Source of the DNA: Candidatus Omnitrophota bacterium | Lineage (GTDB): Bacteria; Omnitrophota; Gorgyraeia; Zapsychrales; Fredricksoniimonadaceae | Direction of reading: 5' to 3' | NCBI GenBank assembly: GCA_028865345.1 | Contig: JAGWKL010000004.1 | Span: forward strand, 79,422 to 143,421 | DNA: 64,000 nt | Part shown: in pieces, positions 9,314 through 18,023 of the stretch | Layout: each line of letters starts with the position of its first letter | Position numbering within the stretch: position 1 is the stretch's first letter | The notes under the pieces: generated by a model | Databases searched by the model: none | What the model was told of the DNA's origin: nothing | Seen by the model: the letters and a program-made list of their open reading frames with translations, nothing else | Made by a program: the position numbers and the translations under genes

Positions 9314-10383
9314 TGATCTTGAAGGCGTACCCTTACTTTAGAGCCGGCGTGGACTTTTTGAAAACCCTCGGTAATCACGGTTTGGCCTTCCTGAAGGCCT
9401 TTCAAAATTTCAACAACTCCATTGACGTGCAACCCGCAATCAACGGGCGTGACGGCCACCGTCTGGTTGCCGCGGACCGTATACACAACGGTCTTGTTTC
9501 CTTTAAAAACAACCGCGTCTTCAGGGACAACAATGGCGTCGGGCCTCTCGTGCAATGTCAAACTAATCTCGGCAAACATCCCCTGCCTGAGCCTGCCGTC
9601 GGGGTTGGAAACCTCGGCCGTAATCAAAATGGTGCGCGTGGATTCATCCACCGTCGGATCAATAAAAACAATTGTCCCCTGGAAACGGTCCCGGGGATAT
9701 GCATCCACCTTAAAGTCAACCGGCGCTCCATTCTTAATTTGGCTGATATATCTTTCAGGCACGCGGAAATCAACCTTCATGGAGTCTTGATTGACCAAAA
9801 AACCCAGGCTGTCACCTTGGGAAATAAATTGCCCGTCGTTCACCAACCTCTGTCCCATGACGCCGGCAAAGGGGGCGCTGACAACGGTGCTGTCGAAAGC
9901 GGCCCTTGCCTCCCCCACCACGGCCTGGTTCATTTTGACCTGATTGGCGGCTTGATCAAATTCCAGGCGGGACACCCCGCCGTCTTTAAGCAATTCTTGA
10001 TAACGGTTGAGCGTGACTTGGGCCAGGGACAAAGTAAGTTCGGCCTCGATCAAAGCGGCCTTAGCCTTTTCCTGGTTAAACAACACCAAGGTCTCTCCTT
10101 TTACAACCTTTTGGCCTGACGTGAAGGCGACCTTTGCGATTGTGCCATCAACTTTCGATTTAATTTCTACGGCATCCCGGGCCCGCAAAGTCCCCGCCAA
10201 ATTCATGTTATCGGCGATAGTTTGCCGCGTCACCTTAATGCCGACCACGGGCATCGTCAATGTGTTTAAATCGATATTTTCACTATTTTGTTGCTCTGTT
10301 TCTTGTATGGCCAAACGGACGAGCAAAACGGCCGCGATCAACACAATGGCGGCAACCAATACTCTATGGAACCGGAATCTCAT
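9310..10383 (-). CDS. RND efflux membrane fusion protein (periplasmic adaptor, HlyD/AcrA family)
   Basis: N-terminal TM anchor, coiled-coil hairpin, lipoyl and beta-barrel motifs (VSAPFAGVMG..., GMFAEISL). ATGA overlaps with both flanking RND genes. Confidence 0.85.
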   Translation of the reverse strand: MRFRFHRVLVAAIVLIAAVLLVRLAIQETEQQNSENIDLNTLTMPVVGIKVTRQTIADNMNLAGTLRARDAVEIKSKVDGTIAKVAFTSGQKVVKGETLVLFNQEKAKAALIEAELTLSLAQVTLNRYQELLKDGGVSRLEFDQAANQVKMNQAVVGEARAAFDSTVVSAPFAGVMGQRLVNDGQFISQGDSLGFLVNQDSMKVDFRVPERYISQIKNGAPVDFKVDAYPRDRFQGTIVFIDPTVDESTRTILITAEVSNPDGRLRQGMFAEISLTLHERPDAIVVPEDAVVFKGNKTVVYTVRGNQTVAVTPVDCGLHVNGVVEILKGLQEGQTVITEGFQKVHAGSKVRVRLQDQ

Positions 10384-13300
10384 ACGGACACGTTCTTATG
10401 GTGAGTAAGATAATAAAATACCGGCATGACAATCAGAGAAAAAAACATGGAACCCATAAGGCCGCTGATCATGGCTATGGAAAAGGGCTGCAGGACTTCG
10501 GCCCCATGCCCCAGATTCAAAGCCATCGGCAAAAATCCCGCCATGGCCGACAGGTTGGTGATCAAAACCGGCCTAAACCGCAATTGACAAGCCGCGTGAA
10601 TGGACGCCATAAGAGACCTGCCTTCCCGGCGAAAACGTTCAACAAAATCGATGACCAGGATGCCGTTATTAACAACGATCCCCATTACAGCTATCATACC
10701 AGTAAAAGAAGAAACATCAAATTCAGTCCTGGTAAAAAATAACCCCAGGATGACAAAACTCGCGGAGCACACCGTTCCGGCAAATACGGCCAGCGCGGTA
10801 CGGTAGGACTCGAAAATAAACAGCAGTAAAGCCAATATGAGAACGATGGAAATACCCAACACCCCCAGCAATTCCTTAAATGATGTTTGCTGGCTTGCAT
10901 AGGTGCCGCCCAATTCAATGGTAAAACCGTTTCTTGGAATACCGGCAATGGCCTTTTTGACGTCCTTAATAACCTCCCCAAGAGATCGGCCGGATATTTC
11001 AGCATTGACATTGACGACGATCGATCCATTCATGTGATGGATTTCCGTGTTTTGTTCGACGAGTGAATATTGCGCGATCCTGCCCAACGGTAAAACCCCG
11101 CCGTTAGGGGTATAAATAGGGACATCCTTGAGCTTGGAGATGTTCGAACGGTAATCCCCCCCGTAAAACTCCCTTATAGGGATGCTTTCGATGCCTTTTT
11201 GCACCTTGGAGACGATCTCGCCATAAATCCCCAATTGGGAATAATGGTACACTTCATCAAGCCCCAGCCCCAACAGCGACGCCTGGGGTTGATCGACGGT
11301 GACATGGATTTCTTTTTGGGGCGGCGGCATATTGATAAGCACGCTGTCCAATCCTTTGATCTTCTCAAGTCGGGCTTGTACATTTTTTGCCGCCGCCATC
11401 AATGTGTCGAAATCATTTCCTAAAATGCTGACAACGACCGGCTTGCCTGCCCCGGATAAATCTCCCAGCCTGTCCGACAGAATTTGGTGAAAATCAGTGT
11501 TCAAATAAGGGAATTGCGCGGCCAGCTTCTTTTTTAAGATAGCCATGACCTTAAATGTGGAAATTTTTCTGTTTTCCTTGAGGTAGATGACCGTCTCACC
11601 GATCGTGGGCGCGGAATAAGGCGTTCCCATGGCCGTACCTGTCTTGCGGATATACATCCTGACCGAAGGCAAGCTCTGGATGACCTTTTCCACCTTATCC
11701 ATGAGCGCGTCCGTCGCCTCAATGGAATAGCCGGCGGGAGCTATGTAATCAAAAACAATGTTGCCTTCGTCCCCTTCGGGTAAAAACCCGTTGTGCAGTT
11801 TCAAAAAAACAAAAACGCACGCCAGCCCGAGGACAATCGAACCCATGACGCATAGATACTTACGCCTGAGGGCCAAGCGCAGGAATTTTAAATACCTCTC
11901 TTTTAAAGTCCTAAAAAACTTTTTTTCCTCGTGTTCGGGCTCCTTGCCCCGATAATTCTCAATGAAATATTTAATCAAGACCGGGATGACAAAGGCCGCC
12001 ATGAACAGGGAAACAATGATGGTCGAAGCCAGGGTGATGGCCAGGGGCCTGAAAAACATGCCTGAGAGGCCGGTGAGGATATTTAAAGGAATAAAAATGA
12101 TGATGCTCACCATCGTGGCCCACACGGTGATGGGAAGGATGTAGGCCAGGGAATCGGCCAGCGGCTGGCCGCTTTTCTTCTGCCTTTTAAAATGAACGTA
12201 ATTCTCTGTGACCACAATGGCGTTGTCCGCGATAATGCCGATGGCCGCCGACAGCCCTCCTAAGGTCATGATATTGACCGTCATCCCCAGACATTTGAGG
12301 ACGAGGAACTCGATCACGATAACGACCGGTAAAACGCACATGATGGGCAAGGCATATCTAAAGCCGTTCATCACAAAATAAACGATCATCAAAATGATAA
12401 CAACCGCAATCAGGATATCGGATAAAATCCCCTGGATGGACGTGCGTACAAAATCGGAAAGGTCCCATTTGACGATATGCAGCTTTCCGTTGAATTCCTT
12501 GGTCGTTTCCGCGAGTTTCCGGTCCAGGGCCATGGAAACCTTCAATCCGTCCGCGTTCAGTTGTTTTTCCACGTCGATAAAAAGCCCCTTGTGGCCGTTG
12601 ACGCTCACGATCCTGCGCACCGGACTATGGGCGTCCTCTATCGTGGCAATATCTTTGAGCATCAGCGGCTTGCCCATGCGGGTGGCCACCACAATGTCGC
12701 CTATATCTTTAAGATTGGAGAGTTTGTTGCCGGCAATCACAAAGAACGCGGTTTTTCCCTTCACCATCTGTCCCACAAAGGAAACCATGTTGGCATCTGA
12801 AACCGCTGTATTGACGGCTACAGGATCAAGATTATACTCGATGAGTTTGCGGGGGTTTAATTTGATCCATATCTCCGGCTGTTGACCACCGATGACTTGC
12901 AGACCATAAAGCCCGTCGATGCCGATCAGCTTTGGGATGACCGAGTAGCGGACCGCCTCATAAAGCTGTTTCAAGTTGAGCTGATCAGACCAGAACCCAT
13001 ACTCCGACATGGGAAAAGCGCTGGTATTCATCCGGGTTATTTGAATATCGGTATTTGCGGGCAGTTGACCCCGTACCTGGTTTATCTTATTCTGGGTCAA
13101 CTGGAAATCTTGGGTCAGATCAGCTCCCCATTTCAAATAGACATCAATGGTGGAAGTCCCGCGTTCCGAAACGGAAACGACCCTTCTGACGTCCGGAACG
13201 GTCTTGAGGACTTCTTCCAGGGGACGGGTGACGTTGATCTCGGTTTCCTGCAAAGACGCAAAACCGATGTCCGCGATCACCTGAAAACGGGGAAAATCGC

Positions 13301-13421
13301 CGTTGGGAAAAACATCTTTAGGCAGCTGGGTGTATACCCACCCGCCGGTGGCCGTCAGGACGATGAGGGTAAAAATAATGGCGATATGATTGGTGTCAAG
13401 CCATTTTACGAACTGTCTCAT
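10380..13421 (-). CDS. RND efflux permease (AcrB/CzcA superfamily), 1013 aa
   Basis: 12 TM helices in two repeats and large periplasmic loops. Conserved RND motifs (GLSAAIGIIADNAIVVTEN). 4-nt overlaps with the upstream OMF and downstream MFP genes. Confidence 0.9.
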   Translation of the reverse strand: MRQFVKWLDTNHIAIIFTLIVLTATGGWVYTQLPKDVFPNGDFPRFQVIADIGFASLQETEINVTRPLEEVLKTVPDVRRVVSVSERGTSTIDVYLKWGADLTQDFQLTQNKINQVRGQLPANTDIQITRMNTSAFPMSEYGFWSDQLNLKQLYEAVRYSVIPKLIGIDGLYGLQVIGGQQPEIWIKLNPRKLIEYNLDPVAVNTAVSDANMVSFVGQMVKGKTAFFVIAGNKLSNLKDIGDIVVATRMGKPLMLKDIATIEDAHSPVRRIVSVNGHKGLFIDVEKQLNADGLKVSMALDRKLAETTKEFNGKLHIVKWDLSDFVRTSIQGILSDILIAVVIILMIVYFVMNGFRYALPIMCVLPVVIVIEFLVLKCLGMTVNIMTLGGLSAAIGIIADNAIVVTENYVHFKRQKKSGQPLADSLAYILPITVWATMVSIIIFIPLNILTGLSGMFFRPLAITLASTIIVSLFMAAFVIPVLIKYFIENYRGKEPEHEEKKFFRTLKERYLKFLRLALRRKYLCVMGSIVLGLACVFVFLKLHNGFLPEGDEGNIVFDYIAPAGYSIEATDALMDKVEKVIQSLPSVRMYIRKTGTAMGTPYSAPTIGETVIYLKENRKISTFKVMAILKKKLAAQFPYLNTDFHQILSDRLGDLSGAGKPVVVSILGNDFDTLMAAAKNVQARLEKIKGLDSVLINMPPPQKEIHVTVDQPQASLLGLGLDEVYHYSQLGIYGEIVSKVQKGIESIPIREFYGGDYRSNISKLKDVPIYTPNGGVLPLGRIAQYSLVEQNTEIHHMNGSIVVNVNAEISGRSLGEVIKDVKKAIAGIPRNGFTIELGGTYASQQTSFKELLGVLGISIVLILALLLFIFESYRTALAVFAGTVCSASFVILGLFFTRTEFDVSSFTGMIAVMGIVVNNGILVIDFVERFRREGRSLMASIHAACQLRFRPVLITNLSAMAGFLPMALNLGHGAEVLQPFSIAMISGLMGSMFFSLIVMPVFYYLTHHKNVSV

Positions 13422-14665
13422 GGCCGGTTGCCCTCGATGACGGCCGCCAGTTCGGCCTTCTTGGCCAGGAAATTATACTGGGCGTCGTAGGACTGGTCCA
13501 CCGCGGTCAGATAATCCGAAAAGGCGCTCAACAGATCGATCTCTTTTATTTTGCCCTGCCGGTAATAGGCCCGTGCCGTTTTGATGCCGGCTTGGGCGTT
13601 TTTAAGATTTTCCATCGTGGCCCTGTACACACCCCGCAGACTGGCCAGATCTCCGGTCATCTGTTCTATCCTGACCTTCAATTTTCTCTGATCGTCTTTA
13701 AATAATTTTTCCTGGTATTCATAACCGTATTTCAGGCTTTTTTCCTCATTGGCCTTTTGGCCGAAATCAAAAATATCGAAATTCAAGGACAGATAACTCC
13801 TGTATTCCTCCACGTTGGGATCGACCGTATTGACGTTGTGTTCCAGGCCCAATTGAACGGTCGGCAAGTAATAAAGCCTGCTTTGTTTGAACATCTCCTT
13901 GGCCGTATCGACGTTGACTTTGTCCAACCGCGACTGCTGCAGGACGGAATAATCTCCGGACCAGGACGGCAAGGAGCTCATGTCCGGCGCATCCTTGAGG
14001 GAAAAGTCCCTTTGCGTGTAGGAAGAGTTCATCAGAGAATTCAATGCCAGCAGCACATCTTTGATTTCGCTGTCGATATTGTTCAAAGAGATATTCAGAG
14101 ACTGGAATTGGACCCGTGCCCTGTCTAAATCAAAGGCCGCGTCCACGCCCTTAGACTGCAGTTGTTTGATCTCCCGGATGTGGGACTGAAAAAGCTCCAG
14201 GACGTTGACATATTCCTTTCTTTTTTCCAAAAGGACGTAAAGCCTGTCATAATCTTGGGTAACGTTCTTTAATAGTTCGCTGCGGGCGATGGACAGGACC
14301 AATTTATTTTTCGTTACATCCAGCCTCCCCAGGGCCGGATAATCGGTTAATATTTTCTGCAGGTCCCATGAAAAAGCGGCACCCATCCTGGTTTCGAAAC
14401 CGTGTGTGCGCTTTAAATCGGAGCGGTCGCTGAACTGGATATTGTCCGGCTGATAATAAGCGGTCAGCTGCCCCAAAAGCGCGCTTCTTTCTTTACGCCA
14501 GGAATAAACGCTGGACTTGATCAGGTCCTCATAGGCCGCGATCAAGCTGCTGTTCTTGAGCGCCAGGGCCTTGCAGTCTCCCAGGGAGACTGCAAAGGCC
14601 TGGCTGGAATGGAGGGTCAATAACACAAATACAACGAGGCTTAAAAAAAATCCACATTTCTTCAT
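13418..14665 (-). CDS. outer membrane efflux protein (TolC/OMF family) with signal peptide
   Basis: Signal peptide MKKCGFFLSLVVFVLLTLHSSQAFA followed by a two-repeat OMF architecture with coiled-coil segments. Confidence 0.8.
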   Translation of the reverse strand: MKKCGFFLSLVVFVLLTLHSSQAFAVSLGDCKALALKNSSLIAAYEDLIKSSVYSWRKERSALLGQLTAYYQPDNIQFSDRSDLKRTHGFETRMGAAFSWDLQKILTDYPALGRLDVTKNKLVLSIARSELLKNVTQDYDRLYVLLEKRKEYVNVLELFQSHIREIKQLQSKGVDAAFDLDRARVQFQSLNISLNNIDSEIKDVLLALNSLMNSSYTQRDFSLKDAPDMSSLPSWSGDYSVLQQSRLDKVNVDTAKEMFKQSRLYYLPTVQLGLEHNVNTVDPNVEEYRSYLSLNFDIFDFGQKANEEKSLKYGYEYQEKLFKDDQRKLKVRIEQMTGDLASLRGVYRATMENLKNAQAGIKTARAYYRQGKIKEIDLLSAFSDYLTAVDQSYDAQYNFLAKKAELAAVIEGNRP

Positions 14666-14711
14666 ACTATGGCATTGGTGGGCATAAATCCCGTTGGGAG
14701 AGCCTCTAAGA

Positions 14712-15146
14712 TCACTTCACGCTTCCCGTGTCTTCTTTCTCATTTTTCTCTTCCTGCTGTTTGTTCTCCATCCTCTGCTCACTGCGGTCAGCCATTTGCA
14801 TCAAACTGAGAGCAAGGGCAGGGTTCGATTGCTTAAGGGCGGATGCTGAATCCCTTAAAAGTTTTATATGTCCCATCACTTTATTCATCATTCCCTCTTC
14901 TTTTGTCCCTTCCTGCTCCTTATTGCCTTCATTCTTCTCCTGCTTTTCTGTTGCTTCTTCATTGGCAAATTTTGTCAAACTTGCCGCGAGGCCGGGATTC
15001 AATTGTTGAAGAGCTGCGGCGGAGTCATTCAATATTTTTACTTTTGCCTGTTCTTGCGCTTCAGCGGCATAAGAAATCGAAGAAAACACCGCAAACACGC
15101 CCACCGCAATTAATCCCAGCATCATTGTTCTTAATGATTTCATCAT
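14712..15146 (-). CDS. small secreted Glu/Lys/Gln-rich protein with two tandem ~30-aa helical repeats (possible CpxP/Spy/ZraP-like periplasmic stress or metal-binding protein)
   Basis: Signal peptide, then repeats ILNDSAAALQQLNPGLAASL and LLRDSASALKQSNPALALSL, each followed by an acidic tail. Strong RBS GGGAGGGA. Sits between the TCS genes and the efflux genes. Confidence 0.5.
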   Translation of the reverse strand: MMKSLRTMMLGLIAVGVFAVFSSISYAAEAQEQAKVKILNDSAAALQQLNPGLAASLTKFANEEATEKQEKNEGNKEQEGTKEEGMMNKVMGHIKLLRDSASALKQSNPALALSLMQMADRSEQRMENKQQEEKNEKEDTGSVK

Positions 15147-15238
15147 TCCCTCCCACTTTATTTGGTTAATAAAAACTATGGTTATGCTACCAAATAAGGA
15201 TTAACTTACCCTTAGGAGCAGATTAACTTTCTCTAATC

Positions 15239-16666
15239 TTATGGGCGGGGTGAACTTAAAGGAAACGCAATAATAAAAACCGTTTTTCGGCCAACCTGAC
15301 TTTTAACTTCAATCTGGCCTTGATGAGCCTCAACGATGGATTTGGCGATGCTTAAGCCCAACCCGAAACCGGGAGAGCTTCTTGATTTGTCCGTCCGGTA
15401 AAACCGGTCAAAGATCCGGGGCAGTTCATCTTTTTCTATGCCCGGCCCCGAATTTGCAACGGCGATCTTGACCCAGGGGCCTTCTTGATATAGCTTAATG
15501 CCAATGTCCCCTTGCCCGGGCGTATATTTAATGGCGTTATCAAGTAAATTCAGGACAACCCGGCTTATTTGGGTAGCGTCTCCATATATAAAAATGCCCT
15601 CTTGCAATGAAGCATTTAACCTGATTTCTTTCTGCTGGGCCAACACCGCTATATTATCGACGACCCCTCTTATCAAAACAGCCAAATCGACCGTTCCCAT
15701 TCTAAAGAATGTTTCCTGGTTATCGATGCTGATAAGGACCAAAAGGTCCCCGACCAAACGGCCCATCTTCTCAATTTCTTCCAGGTTGACCTGTAGAACG
15801 GATTTATATTCTTGAGAACTCCTTTCTTTTTCCAATGCGACTTCCTGCTTTCCCCGCATCGCCGTTAAGGGAGTCTTTAACTCGTGGGAAATATCCTGGA
15901 TAAATTGTTTTTGAGCAGAGAATGCCCTGTCCAGGCGCTCCAGCATGGCATTAAATGTGTCCGCCAGCAATTTTATTTCCTGGTCGGCGCCGGGCACCCT
16001 GATCCTTTCCTGTAAATTCCTGGTACTGATGCGGTCCATTGTTTTAGAGATTTCACTGACCGGATCCAGGGCCATCTTTGTCAGATAAAATCCTACCAAA
16101 ACTGCAAAAAATAAGACCAATGGCAAAAACAGGAATAATATCGTTTTTAAATTATGAAGCATGGACAAGGTGGGAGTCAAAAATCCCGCCACCTGGATAA
16201 TATATGCCGGCCGGGGGCCTTTAAAAACAGGCATGGTCAATTCACGCAGATCAACATACCTGCCTTTGACCAGGACCCTTTTTACGGTCTCCATCCGGAT
16301 ATCCGGCCGGGCCATCAGACCATTGATCGCCGGGGCTCGAATATTCTCAGCTATGTCCTTATTGGAATCCGCCAGTTTCCTGCCTTGGGGGTCGAATATT
16401 TGCACCAGGGAGGTATCTTCCCGCTCTTCTTGAACGGTTGATTGGACGGCTTGCAGGAACCTTGTCCTTGACGCCGGCGTGGGCTTAACGGCTGCAGCGA
16501 TCAGGTCTTCAACGTTTTCGGCCTTGGCTTTAAGTAAACTATCCAGATTTTCGAGAAGGCTGTATTTATAATTTTGGTAAATCAACGTGCTGAAAACAAA
16601 AAGGATCGCGGCCAAGGCAAGTGTATACCATACGGTGACTTTAAAATGCAGGGACCTTGTGACCAT
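15239..16666 (-). CDS. sensor histidine kinase (2-TM periplasmic sensor, HAMP, HisKA, HATPase; CusS/BaeS/CzcS-like)
   Basis: H-box ISHELKTPLTAMRG, N-box LLDNAIKYT, and G-boxes. Two TM segments flank an approximately 150-aa periplasmic loop. Confidence 0.85.
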   Translation of the reverse strand: MVTRSLHFKVTVWYTLALAAILFVFSTLIYQNYKYSLLENLDSLLKAKAENVEDLIAAAVKPTPASRTRFLQAVQSTVQEEREDTSLVQIFDPQGRKLADSNKDIAENIRAPAINGLMARPDIRMETVKRVLVKGRYVDLRELTMPVFKGPRPAYIIQVAGFLTPTLSMLHNLKTILFLFLPLVLFFAVLVGFYLTKMALDPVSEISKTMDRISTRNLQERIRVPGADQEIKLLADTFNAMLERLDRAFSAQKQFIQDISHELKTPLTAMRGKQEVALEKERSSQEYKSVLQVNLEEIEKMGRLVGDLLVLISIDNQETFFRMGTVDLAVLIRGVVDNIAVLAQQKEIRLNASLQEGIFIYGDATQISRVVLNLLDNAIKYTPGQGDIGIKLYQEGPWVKIAVANSGPGIEKDELPRIFDRFYRTDKSRSSPGFGLGLSIAKSIVEAHQGQIEVKSQVGRKTVFIIAFPLSSPRP

Positions 16667-16667
16667 G

Positions 16668-17336
16668 TCAGCCTTTGATCATATAGCCGCGGCCTCTAAC
16701 GGTACCGATAAGGGCCGTTTTATGGCCTTCGTCAATTTTCCGCCGCAATTCATGGATATGGACGTCGATGGTATTGGTGGTGGTGCTGAAATGGGTGTCC
16801 CATACGCATTCCGATATGTCCGTTCTTGTAACCACCTGACCGGCATAACGCATCAGATACTCAAGAAGCTGAAATTCCTTTGCCGTCAAAGGGATCTCCT
16901 TGCCTGCTCTTGTCACTTTATGGCCGGGCAAATCCAGTATAAGGTCCGCCACCTGAAATTTGGTGGACACAAGGGTTTCTTTCCGCCGGAGCAACGCGCG
17001 GATCCTTGCCAGAAATTCTTTAAAGGCAAATGGCTTTGTCAGGTAATCCTCAGCCCCGGCATCCAGCCCTTCGACTTTGTCCTCTACAAAATCTTTGGCC
17101 GTAAGCATGAGGATGGGGGTCATGATCTTATCTTTCCGCAAATTCTTACAAACAGAGATGCCGTCCATTTTAGGCAGCATGATATCCAGGACGATCAGGT
17201 CATATTTTTCCGTCCCCGCCAGGAAATAACCCTCTTCTCCGTCATAGGCCACATCAACGGCGTACCCCGCTTCCTGGAGGCCCTGTTTGATAAAACCGGC
17301 TATATGTTTTTCGTCTTCGACGACTAAAATCCGCAT
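16668..17336 (-). CDS. OmpR-family response regulator (CusR/CzcR-like)
   Basis: Receiver domain with phosphoacceptor D in LIVLDIMLP, plus a winged-helix output domain (GTVRGRGYMI). Confidence 0.9.
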   Translation of the reverse strand: MRILVVEDEKHIAGFIKQGLQEAGYAVDVAYDGEEGYFLAGTEKYDLIVLDIMLPKMDGISVCKNLRKDKIMTPILMLTAKDFVEDKVEGLDAGAEDYLTKPFAFKEFLARIRALLRRKETLVSTKFQVADLILDLPGHKVTRAGKEIPLTAKEFQLLEYLMRYAGQVVTRTDISECVWDTHFSTTTNTIDVHIHELRRKIDEGHKTALIGTVRGRGYMIKG

Positions 17337-18022
17337 TAAAGTAAATTGAAACGATAGCCGATGCCCGGCTCATTGATGATGCGCCGGGGGGTTGAGGGGC
17401 TGTCTTCGATCTTCTGGCGCAGGTGGTTTAAATAGACCCGGACGGAATTGGCCTTCTCTTCGTTTTCCGTCGCCCAGACCTCCCTTAAGATCTGGCGCAC
17501 CGTCAGGATGCGGCCCGCGTTCTTGATGAGCGCGGACAACAGCCCGTATTCGATGGAAGTCAGCTTGAGTGCCTGGCCGCAAAGCCAGACGCGGCGGGTA
17601 TTGAATTCCACCCGCAATCCCGCGTTGTCAAAAACTTGGTCGACAATGCCGGAGGTGGTCTTGCGCCGCAGCACCGCCGCAAGCCTTGCGGTCAGCTCGG
17701 AGGCGGAAAACGGCTTGGTGACATAATCATCCGCCCCGCTTTCCAGGGCTTTGACCTTGATCTCTTCCTGCCCACGCACCGAGACGATGATGACGGCCAC
17801 GTCGCTGAATTCCCTGATGCGCCGCAGCACCTCCAGCCCCTCCATATCCGGCAGGCCCATATCCAATAAAACGGCCTGAGGTTTTTTATAAACAACCGCC
17901 CCCAGGCCCTCTTGGCCGTTTTGAGTATGGACCGCTTCATACCCGGCGTGCGTGAGGATAATGCCCAACATTTTTTGGATTTGAGGCTCATCATCAATGA
18001 CAAGTACTGTGCCTTTGGACAT
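17336..18022 (-). CDS. kdpE: KdpE response regulator (OmpR family)
   Basis: Receiver plus winged-helix domains. Lies immediately downstream of kdpD with a 1-nt gap. C-terminal GIGYRF motif. Confidence 0.85.
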   Translation of the reverse strand: MSKGTVLVIDDEPQIQKMLGIILTHAGYEAVHTQNGQEGLGAVVYKKPQAVLLDMGLPDMEGLEVLRRIREFSDVAVIIVSVRGQEEIKVKALESGADDYVTKPFSASELTARLAAVLRRKTTSGIVDQVFDNAGLRVEFNTRRVWLCGQALKLTSIEYGLLSALIKNAGRILTVRQILREVWATENEEKANSVRVYLNHLRQKIEDSPSTPRRIINEPGIGYRFNLL

Positions 18023-18023
18023 C

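Noticed and set aside
14700-15150. Several + strand ORFs (14728..15009, 14843..15169, 14868..15113) with Leu/Phe/Ser-rich translations
   Set aside because: They are antisense to the small periplasmic repeat protein gene. Their composition reflects its repetitive GAA/AAG-rich codons.
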